Source: Patescibacteria group bacterium (lineage in GTDB: Bacteria > Omnitrophota > Gorgyraeia > Gygaellales > Profunditerraquicolaceae). Taken from it: 64,000 nucleotides of DNA. The notes beneath the pieces are model-generated. The model made no database searches and was not told the DNA's origin. It saw only the letters and a list, made by a program, of their open reading frames with translations. The stretch lies in the NCBI GenBank assembly GCA_035506195.1, contig DATJPV010000025.1:22494-86493 (forward strand). The letters run 5' to 3'. The position numbers and the translations under genes were made by a program. Shown in pieces: positions 38,233 through 48,185 of the stretch (position 1 is the first letter of the stretch; every line of letters starts with the position of its first letter).

Positions 38233-38706
38233 TCAGCGATTTTGATCGGCGCCTTTTTTCTTTTCTCGCTGGTCATGAAGCCGCTCTTTTCTGATCTCTT
38301 GCTGCTTTTCCGCGATCTGCTGAAATTTGGCAAACTGTTCAGGCGTCAGGAGTTCCTTCAGGGTAAAAATGCGGCTTATCCTGCCGTCGATCAGTTGCGC
38401 CTGCAGGGATTTGAGGCTGCTGACGAGCGGATCGACCGAGGCGCGAGTCACCTCGGGGCTCTTCAGGGCCTTTTGTAATTCCACCTCTTTTTCCTTGATC
38501 GCCGTAAGCAGCTTGACGAGTTCGTCACGCTGTGTCTTGCGGTTTTCCTCCAGCTTTTTCTGCTGTTCCGCAGTCAAGTTAAGCTCTTTGGCAAGGCGGC
38601 TTTTCTCGACGGCAGCGTGCTGAGATGCCTCGTCCGTTGTCTGGGCGCACACCGTTGCTGAGCTTAAGAAAATTACGGCCAATCCAATGCCTAATGTCCT
38701 CTTCAT
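38233..38706 (-). CDS. Spy/CpxP-family periplasmic protein
   Basis: Signal peptide, LNLTAEQ and LLTPEQ (LTXXQ) motifs, predicted helical. Confidence 0.82.
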   Translation of the reverse strand: MKRTLGIGLAVIFLSSATVCAQTTDEASQHAAVEKSRLAKELNLTAEQQKKLEENRKTQRDELVKLLTAIKEKEVELQKALKSPEVTRASVDPLVSSLKSLQAQLIDGRISRIFTLKELLTPEQFAKFQQIAEKQQEIRKERLHDQREKKKGADQNR

Positions 38707-38760
38707 CCTCGTGCCTCCTTTTAAGTGGACATGAACAAGTATAGCGTTGTGTAATCCGAT

Positions 38761-38789
38761 ATTATATGGAGAACGCCTCGTTATTACAA
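38761..38789 (-). promoter_or_regulatory. Sigma70 promoter
   Basis: TTGTAA-17 nt-TATAAT. Confidence 0.6.
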
Positions 38790-38793
38790 GAAT

Positions 38794-39174
38794 TTATTTT
38801 CCGATGTTTTTTTCGGCAATATCCCCGGCTACCGGCAGCTTGAATGTATCTCCCTGATAGGCCTTGACCATCAGGATAATCCACAAGATCACCGCCACCA
38901 GCCAAAGCAGTTTGGTTATCAGAACGAAGAATTGGAACATGAAATATAAATGTATCATTATGAAAATCTGGAAAAAGAGCGAAAGGGCAAAACCTAGAAC
39001 CGAAAGCGCGCCAAAGACGATGATCGACTGCAGGGCATGGAAACGGACAAATTTGTTATCTTTTTCGATAAGAAACATGATCAATCCGCTGACCCATCCT
39101 GCCGCGTAGGCGACCAGCCCCGCTACGTTGGCTTGCATTCCCGTAGAAGTTTTTCCCAGGTCTTTCGTCTCCAT
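38794..39174 (-). CDS. DUF4870 / Tic20-like membrane protein
   Basis: TSTGMQANVAG, EKDNKFVRFHALQS, KAYQG..FKLPVAG. Confidence 0.85.
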   Translation of the reverse strand: METKDLGKTSTGMQANVAGLVAYAAGWVSGLIMFLIEKDNKFVRFHALQSIIVFGALSVLGFALSLFFQIFIMIHLYFMFQFFVLITKLLWLVAVILWIILMVKAYQGDTFKLPVAGDIAEKNIGK

Positions 39175-39191
39175 GCCTCCTCCTTTTTTAT

Positions 39192-42100
39192 CTATGGTTT
39201 AGGAGCGATCTTGAAGCTTAAGGATTTTTTGACTGCCGCGCCGCCTGTATCGGTAACGGTATATTCGACCTTATAGTCCCCTGCATTCGGGTACGCATGG
39301 GTGATGCTCTTGGATACCGTGCCTTGTCCAGAATCGGTTTGACCGTCGCCGAAGGAAAGCGTCCAATTCGCAATGGGATACGAACCCTCTTGCGCCTTTA
39401 TCGTAAAACTAAAACCCCCTTTGACTGAAGCTTTCGCAAGCGTCAGCTTGGGGGACAGAGCCAAGACCGTAATAGTAGTATTGATCGCCTCCGCAGGCGC
39501 GCAGGTTTGGCCCGCCTTAAGAGTTGCGGCCAGGTTCACCTGATACGTGCCGGCAGCCGCATACGTATGCGTAAGCATAACATCTGCATCCGCCTCGCTC
39601 TTTTTGCCGTCACCCCAATCCAACACACAGGAAGCCGCGACCTTTACCCCCTTCTGTGTCTGCGCAACGGGCTTGAGAGAAATTTCCTTGTTCGCATAGG
39701 CAACCGAAGGCTTACCTACGAGCTTGAGCACGGCCTTTTGAGCGGCGGTACTCTGGCTCTCGCCGGCTTGCGCCTGTTGCGTGTGCGCCTGGCCAGCCTG
39801 CGTGGCTGCGTTTGCCTGCAGCGAAACCGTCGCAGCAAGCGCCAGGACGGTATTATCCGCGGCAACGGCGCTAAAAGTAACCTGTTTCGGCGAAGTTGAA
39901 GAATAATTAGTAAGCGCGTAGCTGGTTGTGTTTATATCGGCGATTTCCACGGGTGGCTGCGTGCCGACCTTGATGGTATATTTCCCGAATTTTTCCGGAT
40001 AGGGGAATTTCGTCCAGCTGAAAGTAACCGCAGATTGCGTCTGAGCAGCCTTAAAATCCCAGAGGCTGCCTCCGAAAAGCTGGTACTCTTTCACTTCGCC
40101 CTCTCCGACATTATTCCATTTGTCTTTTGCCTTAACTTTGATCCTGTAGGTGCCGGGCTTAAGGCCGGAGCCCTGAATAAGCACGAGATGATCGGAGACC
40201 CCGCTGCCCGGAGAAGACATCCCCTCTTTAAAGGGCGTATTCTTGATCTGGCCCTGAGGGTCTTGATATTCAACGGAGCTTTTCCCTTTTTCGTCATCAA
40301 GCTTGAACTTTACCTGCAGGGCGCCTTGCCCGGCCTGGGTTATCTCGATCTGCGACGGGACAGGCCCCTTCTTATCCGCAGGGCAGGTGACGGTAACATT
40401 GCGGGTCGAGGCGCTTTCTATGGAAACGAAATCCTGCGCCGGAAGGATATTTTCCGTAGCGGTTGCGGCAGGCGTAACGGAGATGGTAAAGATATGCTCG
40501 TTGTCGTCATTGAACGTCCCGGCCTTGGCTGCCTTGCCCTGCATATCCGTAGTAAGCTGGGCAATGGTCGCGCCTCCCTCCTGAACCAGGACCGAGGCTC
40601 CTTTGACTGCCTTATTCGCCTGGTCCTTCACCGCGATATTCAGAGCGTAATTACGTTTGACCAGCGTTACCGGAAGGCCGATGAAACGGCCGCAGGAATT
40701 GACGGTAATGCCTACGGTAGCCGTTTTATAAGTGTCCTTGCTTACCGTAAAGGTATAGATACCGGGATTCAAGCCCGAGCTGATCACCCAGGCGCCGCTG
40801 ACGGTGGTAGTGGTACTTATAGGAGCGCCTGCGGAATTTTTTCCGCAAACTGTTGCGCCGGGAATGCCGTTACCCTGGCTGTCCAGCGCATACCCTGCGC
40901 GCGCAGGGACCTTCTCGACATTGATGACCGCCTCTGCCAAGGGCCCCTGGGCGGTATTGGAAACGGCCAGCTCTGTCGAGCCGGGTTGATAACAGGCATT
41001 TCCTTCCGTCTGGAGGGTATACGTGGTCCCCCGGTCGACGATAACGTCGTTGCTGGTGCCGCTGGGACCTGAGCTTACCGACACCTTGAAATCTATATCC
41101 GTATTCTTGGTCAGGATGATGGGCATATCCGGTATGGACCTATTTCCCTCGGAAGGAGAACATACGCGTATCTTTACCGTAGGCGGCGGGCTTCCCGGCA
41201 GCGTAGTAACGGTGCCCGTATAGCCAACCGCATCCTGCGGGTTACCCGTCTCATCGTTATTAGTAAAGGTCCAGGAACGCAAGTTGTAATAATATTTCGT
41301 ATTCGGCTCCAGGCCCGTAAGCCTTAAGCCGTGGCTGGTCTCAAACTGCCGCGGCCCCTCCCGCGTTACCCAGCCCTGAGTCACGACATCGCCGACCTTT
41401 TTGACCGCCATCACGTAGTTAAGGGAAAGGTCCGGCGAAGGAGAGAACATGACTTCCGTCGAGGAAAGCTGATTAGTGGTCCATGCGAAATCCACGTAAT
41501 CCGGCCCCGCGATTGCGCTGGGAGCACTTAAGGTAAGCGCATTGCATGTTTGCCTCTCAACGCGCTCAGGGCATGTGCCGGCGACGGTGGTAGCGGTTAT
41601 CTCTTTTCCCGGGATAGCCTCGCCGCTTTGGTTGACGCAGTCAACGGTAAAACGATACGCGCTACCCTGGGCCAGATTAGGCACGATCACGTTATGCGCT
41701 GTTTTAAAGGTGCTTTCGATGACGGTAGCCACGAGCGTATTGCCGTTATATGCCTTAACCGTGCCCTTAAGAGGCACGCAAGGGCTTGCCCAGTTAACGG
41801 ATACGGAGGTGCACCCGGGGTTGGCCCGTAAACTCTGCACCAGGGAATCGGATTGCCGGATAGGCACTTCGATCTTGAACGGATCCCCGGTCGCATCCAG
41901 TACTGCGCTGGTATAGGTAACGGTCTTCTCTACGTTATCCAGGTCAAGAGGTATTACCGATATCTGAACGCTGGCGGTCAGGCCCTGCACGAGCCTGAAT
42001 TCGTACGCGATATCTTCTACCGAAATGGTCAGGTTATCGCCCGGTACGATAAAAGGGGTGATGTCCCGGAAAGTGACCGTCTGGAACTGATTCATGTTAT

Positions 42101-42980
42101 TGAAATAGAGCGTATAAAGGCCGCTGCCTTTGCCCCCCGGGATGTAGACGCGCAGGTTGACCCGCAGCCGTACCCCTTCCAGCTTGAAATAGGGGTCCCC
42201 TTTCAAGGTCAGCGTCGGGGCATCGTATAAGACGCTAAGCGCCTTCTCGGTATAATCCTGAAGCTTGGCCATCGCCTCGGAATCCGAACAGAACGTTGCA
42301 AGCTTTATCAAGCGCATGGCATTGGTCCTGGCGCTTTCGGGGATCTTGCCCAGGATATCCGGGGCCAGGTCCTCTACCTTATATTTGGAGATCTCCACGG
42401 TAATGAGGTCCCGTTGATTATGGTAGGAGTCTGTCTTACCCAGAGGAAGCGCGCCTTGCGTGGAGGTGTTGACGCCGATATTACTGACGGCGCTGGCAAC
42501 CGAATCCCCTACTTTGGGGATCTTGGCGACCAATTCCCAAAAATCCATGGGCACGTCAAACCAGGGAAGGTCTATAGGGACTCCGCTTACCCCCACAAAA
42601 CCAAGCTGTATCTTATTCGGAAAGGAAATGCCGAAAGCGGACTGAAAGGTGTTGTACCCGGCGGCTGCGGGCTCTGCCTTGACCCCGAAGACGAAATCCT
42701 CTCCTGAGCGCGCGGCATCCGGGTCATACCGGAAGGTAAGCCTCACCGGCGTCTTGATGGTGATCGTGCCATCCGAGATCAAAAACCCCAATTTACAGCG
42801 AAAACCGACTTGCGCCAGAGGAAGCCAGGGCGACCAGTGCGTCTCCGGCACCGGTTTTCCCTGAAAGCTCCACTCCAGGGGGCCGTACTCATGCGAAACT
42901 TCCGTTGCCGCAGCGTACGCATAAAAGAGCGCGATAAGAAAGAAAACAGAAATCCCGACAGCCTTCATTCTGTTCTTCAT
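39192..42980 (-). CDS. Large secreted multidomain beta-sandwich protein (FN3-like, CarboxypepD_reg-like, 2x PKD)
   Basis: Signal peptide, HGLRLTGLEPNTKYYY (FN3-like), DSQGNGIPGATV, LDWGDG and LSFGDG..HAYPNAGDY (PKD). Confidence 0.7.
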   Translation of the reverse strand: MKNRMKAVGISVFFLIALFYAYAAATEVSHEYGPLEWSFQGKPVPETHWSPWLPLAQVGFRCKLGFLISDGTITIKTPVRLTFRYDPDAARSGEDFVFGVKAEPAAAGYNTFQSAFGISFPNKIQLGFVGVSGVPIDLPWFDVPMDFWELVAKIPKVGDSVASAVSNIGVNTSTQGALPLGKTDSYHNQRDLITVEISKYKVEDLAPDILGKIPESARTNAMRLIKLATFCSDSEAMAKLQDYTEKALSVLYDAPTLTLKGDPYFKLEGVRLRVNLRVYIPGGKGSGLYTLYFNNMNQFQTVTFRDITPFIVPGDNLTISVEDIAYEFRLVQGLTASVQISVIPLDLDNVEKTVTYTSAVLDATGDPFKIEVPIRQSDSLVQSLRANPGCTSVSVNWASPCVPLKGTVKAYNGNTLVATVIESTFKTAHNVIVPNLAQGSAYRFTVDCVNQSGEAIPGKEITATTVAGTCPERVERQTCNALTLSAPSAIAGPDYVDFAWTTNQLSSTEVMFSPSPDLSLNYVMAVKKVGDVVTQGWVTREGPRQFETSHGLRLTGLEPNTKYYYNLRSWTFTNNDETGNPQDAVGYTGTVTTLPGSPPPTVKIRVCSPSEGNRSIPDMPIILTKNTDIDFKVSVSSGPSGTSNDVIVDRGTTYTLQTEGNACYQPGSTELAVSNTAQGPLAEAVINVEKVPARAGYALDSQGNGIPGATVCGKNSAGAPISTTTTVSGAWVISSGLNPGIYTFTVSKDTYKTATVGITVNSCGRFIGLPVTLVKRNYALNIAVKDQANKAVKGASVLVQEGGATIAQLTTDMQGKAAKAGTFNDDNEHIFTISVTPAATATENILPAQDFVSIESASTRNVTVTCPADKKGPVPSQIEITQAGQGALQVKFKLDDEKGKSSVEYQDPQGQIKNTPFKEGMSSPGSGVSDHLVLIQGSGLKPGTYRIKVKAKDKWNNVGEGEVKEYQLFGGSLWDFKAAQTQSAVTFSWTKFPYPEKFGKYTIKVGTQPPVEIADINTTSYALTNYSSTSPKQVTFSAVAADNTVLALAATVSLQANAATQAGQAHTQQAQAGESQSTAAQKAVLKLVGKPSVAYANKEISLKPVAQTQKGVKVAASCVLDWGDGKKSEADADVMLTHTYAAAGTYQVNLAATLKAGQTCAPAEAINTTITVLALSPKLTLAKASVKGGFSFTIKAQEGSYPIANWTLSFGDGQTDSGQGTVSKSITHAYPNAGDYKVEYTVTDTGGAAVKKSLSFKIAPKP

Positions 42981-42995
42981 TTTTCTCTCCTTATC

Positions 42996-43592
42996 TTACA
43001 TCAGGCGATCGTACTTGGAGCCCAGCCGGTATGACTCTACGACTATCTGCTGTTTCCTGGTGTCCACATTTATCACCAACGAATAAGACCTCAGGGAAGT
43101 GCTCTTGAACAACGACATCCCTGCGCCACCGCTCCATATCGTAGGCTTACTTCCCAGCCGCGGGCTTGTACTGAAATGCGCGGCGCGCAGTGCGGCATGC
43201 AGGGATTCCCCGTCCTGAGGCGCAAGGTATTTCCTGACCACATAGGTAAACCGGTTCTCCACCACCTCTCCGTCTCTCTTGGTCTCGGGCCTTGCCGACT
43301 CCGAAACGATCCGGGCGTCCCCGAAAAGCCTTTTCAATACCGGCCGTATCGCGCTATCCAGGTCCCTGACTTCGGCTGCCTGGGCTTGCGTATCTTTTGC
43401 GCTGTTGAATGCGCGGTTATCGGAAGCGTTCCCGGAAGCCCTGGACTGGCCTGCCGCAGCCTGTTGCGTAAGCTTTTCCAAGCCTGCCTGTGATTTGTAT
43501 TTGGTCGGCTCCTCTCCTTCCTTCTTACTACAGCCGTTACCCGCCGTCACCGCAATACATGCCGCTAAAAACAGATACGCTAATCTGTACAT
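42996..43592 (-). CDS. Hypothetical probable lipoprotein
   Basis: Hydrophobic N-terminus ending in GNGC followed by SKKEG; GGAGG RBS. Confidence 0.55.
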   Translation of the reverse strand: MYRLAYLFLAACIAVTAGNGCSKKEGEEPTKYKSQAGLEKLTQQAAAGQSRASGNASDNRAFNSAKDTQAQAAEVRDLDSAIRPVLKRLFGDARIVSESARPETKRDGEVVENRFTYVVRKYLAPQDGESLHAALRAAHFSTSPRLGSKPTIWSGGAGMSLFKSTSLRSYSLVINVDTRKQQIVVESYRLGSKYDRLM

Positions 43593-43608
43593 AGGCGCCT
43601 CCCGAAGG

Positions 43609-44265
43609 TTAAAACCGCATGCCGTAAATATAGAACGGTATATCTTTGCCTAAAAAATACCGGAAATAAGACCTTCTCCCCTGAAACAACAATTGAAAAT
43701 TCTGCTTTCTGAAGAACAGGCCTGCCGCATCGGACATGGTTGCCAGATGCACTCCCTTTACTGCCTGTTTTTTCAGGTAATCCAGATAAGCGCTGATAAG
43801 CTTTGTGCCGGTCCCCTCTGCGCGGCACCCCTTGCGGATATTGATATGCAATACCGCCGGATAATCCCGGGAGAAAACCGGAGCCCTGAATTCCCCCTTC
43901 AGGAAGCTCAAGAAGACATGGAAGAGGAACGCGGCGTTCTTTCTGCGAAAAAGCGTGCCCTGTCGCAGCGACTTCATACACAGGGGCAGCGTGATCCTGG
44001 AAGCAGAAATGCTGTCCATGCGCCCTGAGTCTTTTGCGCCCAGCAGATACCCGACTACGTCATGTGCGCGCTCGGCCACAAAACAAGACTGCGGTTCGTA
44101 ATCGGTAAAATATGCCGTCAATGCGTCGGCAAATACCTCGTCGCCGTCAAAAAAAGCGTCGCTCGGCTCGCCCATCAACGCGGTCTCGCAGCATATGCGG
44201 CGGACTGCCTGCCTGTCTTGCGGGGCGTATTTCCTGATCACGATGCTGCCGGGGTCATTTTGCAT
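43609..44265 (-). CDS. GNAT family N-acetyltransferase
   Basis: IRKY...D, VVGYLLG, LHINIRKGCRAEGTG, GVHL...FFRKQNF. Confidence 0.78.
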   Translation of the reverse strand: MQNDPGSIVIRKYAPQDRQAVRRICCETALMGEPSDAFFDGDEVFADALTAYFTDYEPQSCFVAERAHDVVGYLLGAKDSGRMDSISASRITLPLCMKSLRQGTLFRRKNAAFLFHVFLSFLKGEFRAPVFSRDYPAVLHINIRKGCRAEGTGTKLISAYLDYLKKQAVKGVHLATMSDAAGLFFRKQNFQLLFQGRRSYFRYFLGKDIPFYIYGMRF

Positions 44266-44692
44266 GAAGGCGTTTACTTTTCCAATGTCTGGCGACTATC
44301 AGCGTGATAACGTACAGGACCATTGCACAAAACAGCCCCAGCATGACGCTGCCTATTAACAGGGGATGATAGAACGCGCTTATCGTCGAAATTTTGAAGT
44401 TGCGTATATATTCCCAGGAGAGGGGCGGATAGTTTTTGTGCGGCAGGAGGAAACGGCCGATATCGTATGCCGTCCAGGTAATGGTTGCCACGGTCGGAGG
44501 CAAAGAGACATTGGTCCCCAGCAGTATTGCCAGTTTATTGGCTTTCGGTACCGCGACCGCCGCCATCACGCAAAGCGCGGTATGGAAACCGTACAGGGGA
44601 AGGATCGCGATGAAAGAGCCTATGGCCACGCCCAGGGCGATCTCATGCGGCGCGCTATGTGCTTTGAGAATCCTTATGAAAGCTGCGATCAT
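44255..44692 (-). CDS. DUF2062 family membrane protein
   Basis: PHEIALGVAIG.FIAILP, GFHT, NKLA, LLIGS. Confidence 0.8.
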   Translation of the reverse strand: MIAAFIRILKAHSAPHEIALGVAIGSFIAILPLYGFHTALCVMAAVAVPKANKLAILLGTNVSLPPTVATITWTAYDIGRFLLPHKNYPPLSWEYIRNFKISTISAFYHPLLIGSVMLGLFCAMVLYVITLIVARHWKSKRLHAK

Positions 44693-44748
44693 TATTGATA
44701 CCGTTGCCGCGCTCCGGGGCTAGAGGTCGCCTGGCTGGACGCGGGAGG

Positions 44749-45027
44749 TTATGCCGCGATCTTGTCGAATTCCTCGATGGTGACCGCGGGGAAACTGGTG
44801 AAAGAGATATGTGTCATCTTATGCAGGGCGATCGAAGCCTTCATTACTTCCGCGACTCCGGGGAAATCCGCGATAAGCACGACGTCGTATTTGCCCAGCA
44901 GCGCATACATCGAATTCACCTTGCCGCCGGCCTTGGCTACGAGGTCCATCGCCTTCCTGGTCCTGTCGGCCGAGATGCCTTCTATGGCCCCTTGCGAATA
45001 TTTTCCGTACATGAAAAATGTAGCCAT
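44749..45027 (-). CDS. GYD domain protein
   Basis: GGKV..MYALLGKYDVVLIADFP; 92 aa. Confidence 0.82.
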   Translation of the reverse strand: MATFFMYGKYSQGAIEGISADRTRKAMDLVAKAGGKVNSMYALLGKYDVVLIADFPGVAEVMKASIALHKMTHISFTSFPAVTIEEFDKIAA

Positions 45028-45055
45028 CCTGCCGCCTCCTCTCTTTTTGTGCTCC

Positions 45056-46129
45056 TTAAGCCCGGACTTCTACCAACTCGTAATCAAGGCTGCCCAACCC
45101 TATTTCCTGAGCGTACATAAGCTGTTTGACGCCGTCCTTGTCGGGATGGGCTGCCTTGAAAATATCCTTTTTGCAGTCCCTGGCCACCATGTCGAGGCTG
45201 GCCTTATCGATGCTGACAGGGTCAGAAGACGCCAATATCCCGACATCCGGCCCTATCCGCGGGTTCTCCAAATTCCAACAGTCGCATTCCCGGCTGATCT
45301 TGACCGCAAAATTCAAGAACCCTGCCTTACCCTTCTTATCCTTGAGCACTGCCAGGCTATACTCGGCTACCTTCTGCTGCACCTGGTCGGTCGCGCCGAA
45401 GTCGATGAACATCGCCATGGTCGGGCAGGCTGCCAGGCAGCTTGCGCAGCCGATACATTTTTTGCTGTCGACGACGGATTTCTTGTTTTTGATCGTGATC
45501 GCCTTTACCGGACAGACTATGGAGCATTCCGCGCAGCCGGTGCACCTGTCTACGTAGACGACGGGAGAAACATCGCAATGCTGCGCAAGCTTGCCTTCCC
45601 TGGTGGCGCAACCCATGCCGATGTTCTTCAGCGTGCCTCCGAAGCCGGTCAAAATATGCCCCTTGAAATGGCTGACCGCAACTAAACCGTCCGCATCGAT
45701 AAAGAGGCGGGCAAGCTTTGCCTTTTTGATGGCCTTTTGGTTGATCTCTACGTCGGTTATCTGGTCTTTTTGATTATCGTCGGGGATGACGACATCGGCA
45801 CCGGTGGCGGTTTTGGTAAAACCGTGTTCGTAGGCAAGCTGCAGGTGGTCTTGGGAGTTCAGGCGCCTGCCGCGGTACAGCGTGTTGGCGTCCGAGAGGA
45901 CCGGTTTGGCGCCCCGGGAGACGACCCCGTCGCAGACAACGCGCACATGCTCGGGCCTGACGAAGTTGCCGTTGCCTGCCTCGCCGAAATGGAGCTTTAT
46001 GGCGATGTTCGAGTCCTTGCGGATGAAATCAAGGACTTTGCTTTCCTGAAGGAGCTTGTTGAGCCGGTTGTTGACGGTCCAGATATCGCTTGCATCCTTT
46101 ACCTCTATAAAATATACCTTGCTTTTCAT
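45056..46129 (-). CDS. DUF362 domain Fe-S protein
   Basis: IKLHFGE, SHFKGH, GFGGTLKNIGMG, two ferredoxin CxxCxxCxxxCP motifs, DPVSID. Confidence 0.88.
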   Translation of the reverse strand: MKSKVYFIEVKDASDIWTVNNRLNKLLQESKVLDFIRKDSNIAIKLHFGEAGNGNFVRPEHVRVVCDGVVSRGAKPVLSDANTLYRGRRLNSQDHLQLAYEHGFTKTATGADVVIPDDNQKDQITDVEINQKAIKKAKLARLFIDADGLVAVSHFKGHILTGFGGTLKNIGMGCATREGKLAQHCDVSPVVYVDRCTGCAECSIVCPVKAITIKNKKSVVDSKKCIGCASCLAACPTMAMFIDFGATDQVQQKVAEYSLAVLKDKKGKAGFLNFAVKISRECDCWNLENPRIGPDVGILASSDPVSIDKASLDMVARDCKKDIFKAAHPDKDGVKQLMYAQEIGLGSLDYELVEVRA

Positions 46130-46155
46130 ATAACCCTCCGCAACGTGATCATATT

Positions 46156-46184
46156 ATTGTAATGCTTTGCAAGGGGCAAGTCAA
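46156..46184 (-). promoter_or_regulatory. Sigma70 promoter
   Basis: TTGACT-17 nt-TACAAT. Confidence 0.6.
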
Positions 46185-46202
46185 GACGAAACAAAGGGCC
46201 GG

Positions 46203-48185
46203 CTAGACCCGGATAGGCAGGATGACGAAGGGGATGCCTTGCCGGTATAATAACTTCTGCAAGGCGAATACCGTGTAGTTATGGAACAGGGGCGACAAAA
46301 GCGATTCTTTTTCAAAAACGAGCTGGCCTCCGAAAAAAACGGAATTCGAAAAACGCCGCATGATCTCGGGAGTGATCGCGACCACCCCGTCAACCACGTC
46401 TACTCCGAGCGCAGAGACTCCTTCGGCATAATACCCCTGCCGCTGCATAAAGCTTACGTAATGGCCCAGGTCCCGCTGCACGTGGCTCTTCAGGTTCTCG
46501 ATCTCCTCTGCCCCCTTAAAATTACCGGCATCGATCATGCCTATTTCCAGAAAGACGAAATTCTTGAAGGAGCCTCCGAACAGCCTTATAACGCCGAAAA
46601 GCGTATGCAGCCCCATTCCGTTAAAGCCGCTTACCAGCAGCACGGCGGTCTTCCCTTTGGGGTCGAACTCCGCGGGCTTCTGCGGCCCCTTAAAGGCGGT
46701 CTCCTGGGACTCCGTAGTTTTGACGAGGCCGCCCAGCCGGCGTAATTGTTTTGCGATCTTGTAGTAGTGCCGCTTGGTCAGGATAGCCAGGACGACCAGT
46801 GTCGCGGTGATGAAGAGCGTGATCCAGCCGCCTTCGTGGAATTTCATGACCACCATCGAAATGAGTATGAAAGAGCTTAAAAGCAGCCCCACCCCGTTGA
46901 TGCATATCTTCCTGGCCCATTTTTTTATTTTACCCCGGGACTCCCACCAATGGCGTACCATGCCGGCCTGAGACAACACGAACGTAATGAACACGTTGAT
47001 ACTGTAGAGGACGACGAGAAACCGTACCGAGGCGCGGCTTAAGATCATCAACAGCGCCGACAGGCCTCCCATGATCAATATCCCCTTCTGGATCACCAGC
47101 CTGTCGCTTAAGCTGGAAAATCCGACCGGGAACCACCGGTCTACCGCCATGTTCGCCAACACCCTCGGCCCGTCAAGGAATCCGGTCTGCGCAGCCACAA
47201 AAAGAAGCGTCGCTTCCGAAATGAGCGTCACCAGGATGAAGGCGGAGCCGAACTTTCCCCAGCCCTGCGCCACCTGTTCAAGGAGGGTCGCGTTGAGCGT
47301 CTTTCCCGGCTGCGCGCCTACCGCATAGAATATGTAGGCGACCATCAGGCCCATGACGACAAAAGACAGAGAAACGGCCATATAACGCATGGTGCGCTTG
47401 GCTGTCTCTACCTTCGGCTCCCTCAACACCGGGATACCGTTACTGACAGCCTCCAGGCCCGTATAGGTCCCGGCGCCCATACTGTAAGAACGCAGCAACA
47501 GGAAGAGCATACCGACGACGCCAACCTGAGAGACGGTCCCCCGTATATCGGCTTTCGTCGCGGCGGCTATGTCCGGCAAACTGGGTATGTGCCCGAAAAA
47601 AGCGAAACAGATTACAAGGAAGTGCGTCAGCAGAAAAATGAGGAAGATCGGCACCAAGGGCAGCACCGACTCCCTGACGCCTCTCATGTTCAATACGATG
47701 AGGACCAGCACCACCAGCACGGCAAACGCAAGCCGGTAAGGATACCAGTGCGCGGGGAGGAAGCTGAATATGGCGTCTGCGCCGCTGGCAATAGAAACGG
47801 TAATGGTCAATACGTAATCAATGAGCAGCGCGCAACCCGATATCATCCCCACGGTAGGCGACAGCAATTTGCTGGCAACAAGATAGCCTCCTCCTCCGTG
47901 CGGGAAAAGCTCGACGATCTGCGAATAGCTGGCGCTGATGATAAAAATCGTAATGACGGCGCCCAGCGCGACAAAGAGGCTTAAGTAAATATGGGTGCCC
48001 AAGGCCAGAAAGGCCTCTTGAGGGCCGTAGCAGGAAGAGGACAGGCCGTCGGAACCCAGGCCGATCCAGGCAAAAAATGCTATCAGGGACAACTTATGGA
48101 AGATGTGCTTGTCTGCCGGATCGCGGGGCTTGCCGATGACCAGGCCTTTGAACCGCCGGGATAAGGAAGGGCCTCTACTCTTCAT
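46203..48185 (-). CDS. APC-family permease, KimA/YdaO-like (candidate K+ transporter)
   Basis: GSDGLSSSCYGPQE, FPHGGGGY, LLIDYVLTITVS, TGLEAVSNG, plus a cytoplasmic C-terminal domain. Start is the ATG at 48185. Confidence 0.78.
   Translation of the reverse strand: MKSRGPSLSRRFKGLVIGKPRDPADKHIFHKLSLIAFFAWIGLGSDGLSSSCYGPQEAFLALGTHIYLSLFVALGAVITIFIISASYSQIVELFPHGGGGYLVASKLLSPTVGMISGCALLIDYVLTITVSIASGADAIFSFLPAHWYPYRLAFAVLVVLVLIVLNMRGVRESVLPLVPIFLIFLLTHFLVICFAFFGHIPSLPDIAAATKADIRGTVSQVGVVGMLFLLLRSYSMGAGTYTGLEAVSNGIPVLREPKVETAKRTMRYMAVSLSFVVMGLMVAYIFYAVGAQPGKTLNATLLEQVAQGWGKFGSAFILVTLISEATLLFVAAQTGFLDGPRVLANMAVDRWFPVGFSSLSDRLVIQKGILIMGGLSALLMILSRASVRFLVVLYSINVFITFVLSQAGMVRHWWESRGKIKKWARKICINGVGLLLSSFILISMVVMKFHEGGWITLFITATLVVLAILTKRHYYKIAKQLRRLGGLVKTTESQETAFKGPQKPAEFDPKGKTAVLLVSGFNGMGLHTLFGVIRLFGGSFKNFVFLEIGMIDAGNFKGAEEIENLKSHVQRDLGHYVSFMQRQGYYAEGVSALGVDVVDGVVAITPEIMRRFSNSVFFGGQLVFEKESLLSPLFHNYTVFALQKLLYRQGIPFVILPIRV

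Noticed and set aside
40035-41072. 345-aa plus-strand ORF, with similar ones at 44762-45685, 50040-51074 and 6949-7683
   Set aside because: Each overlaps a well-supported minus-strand gene and shows no protein-family features.
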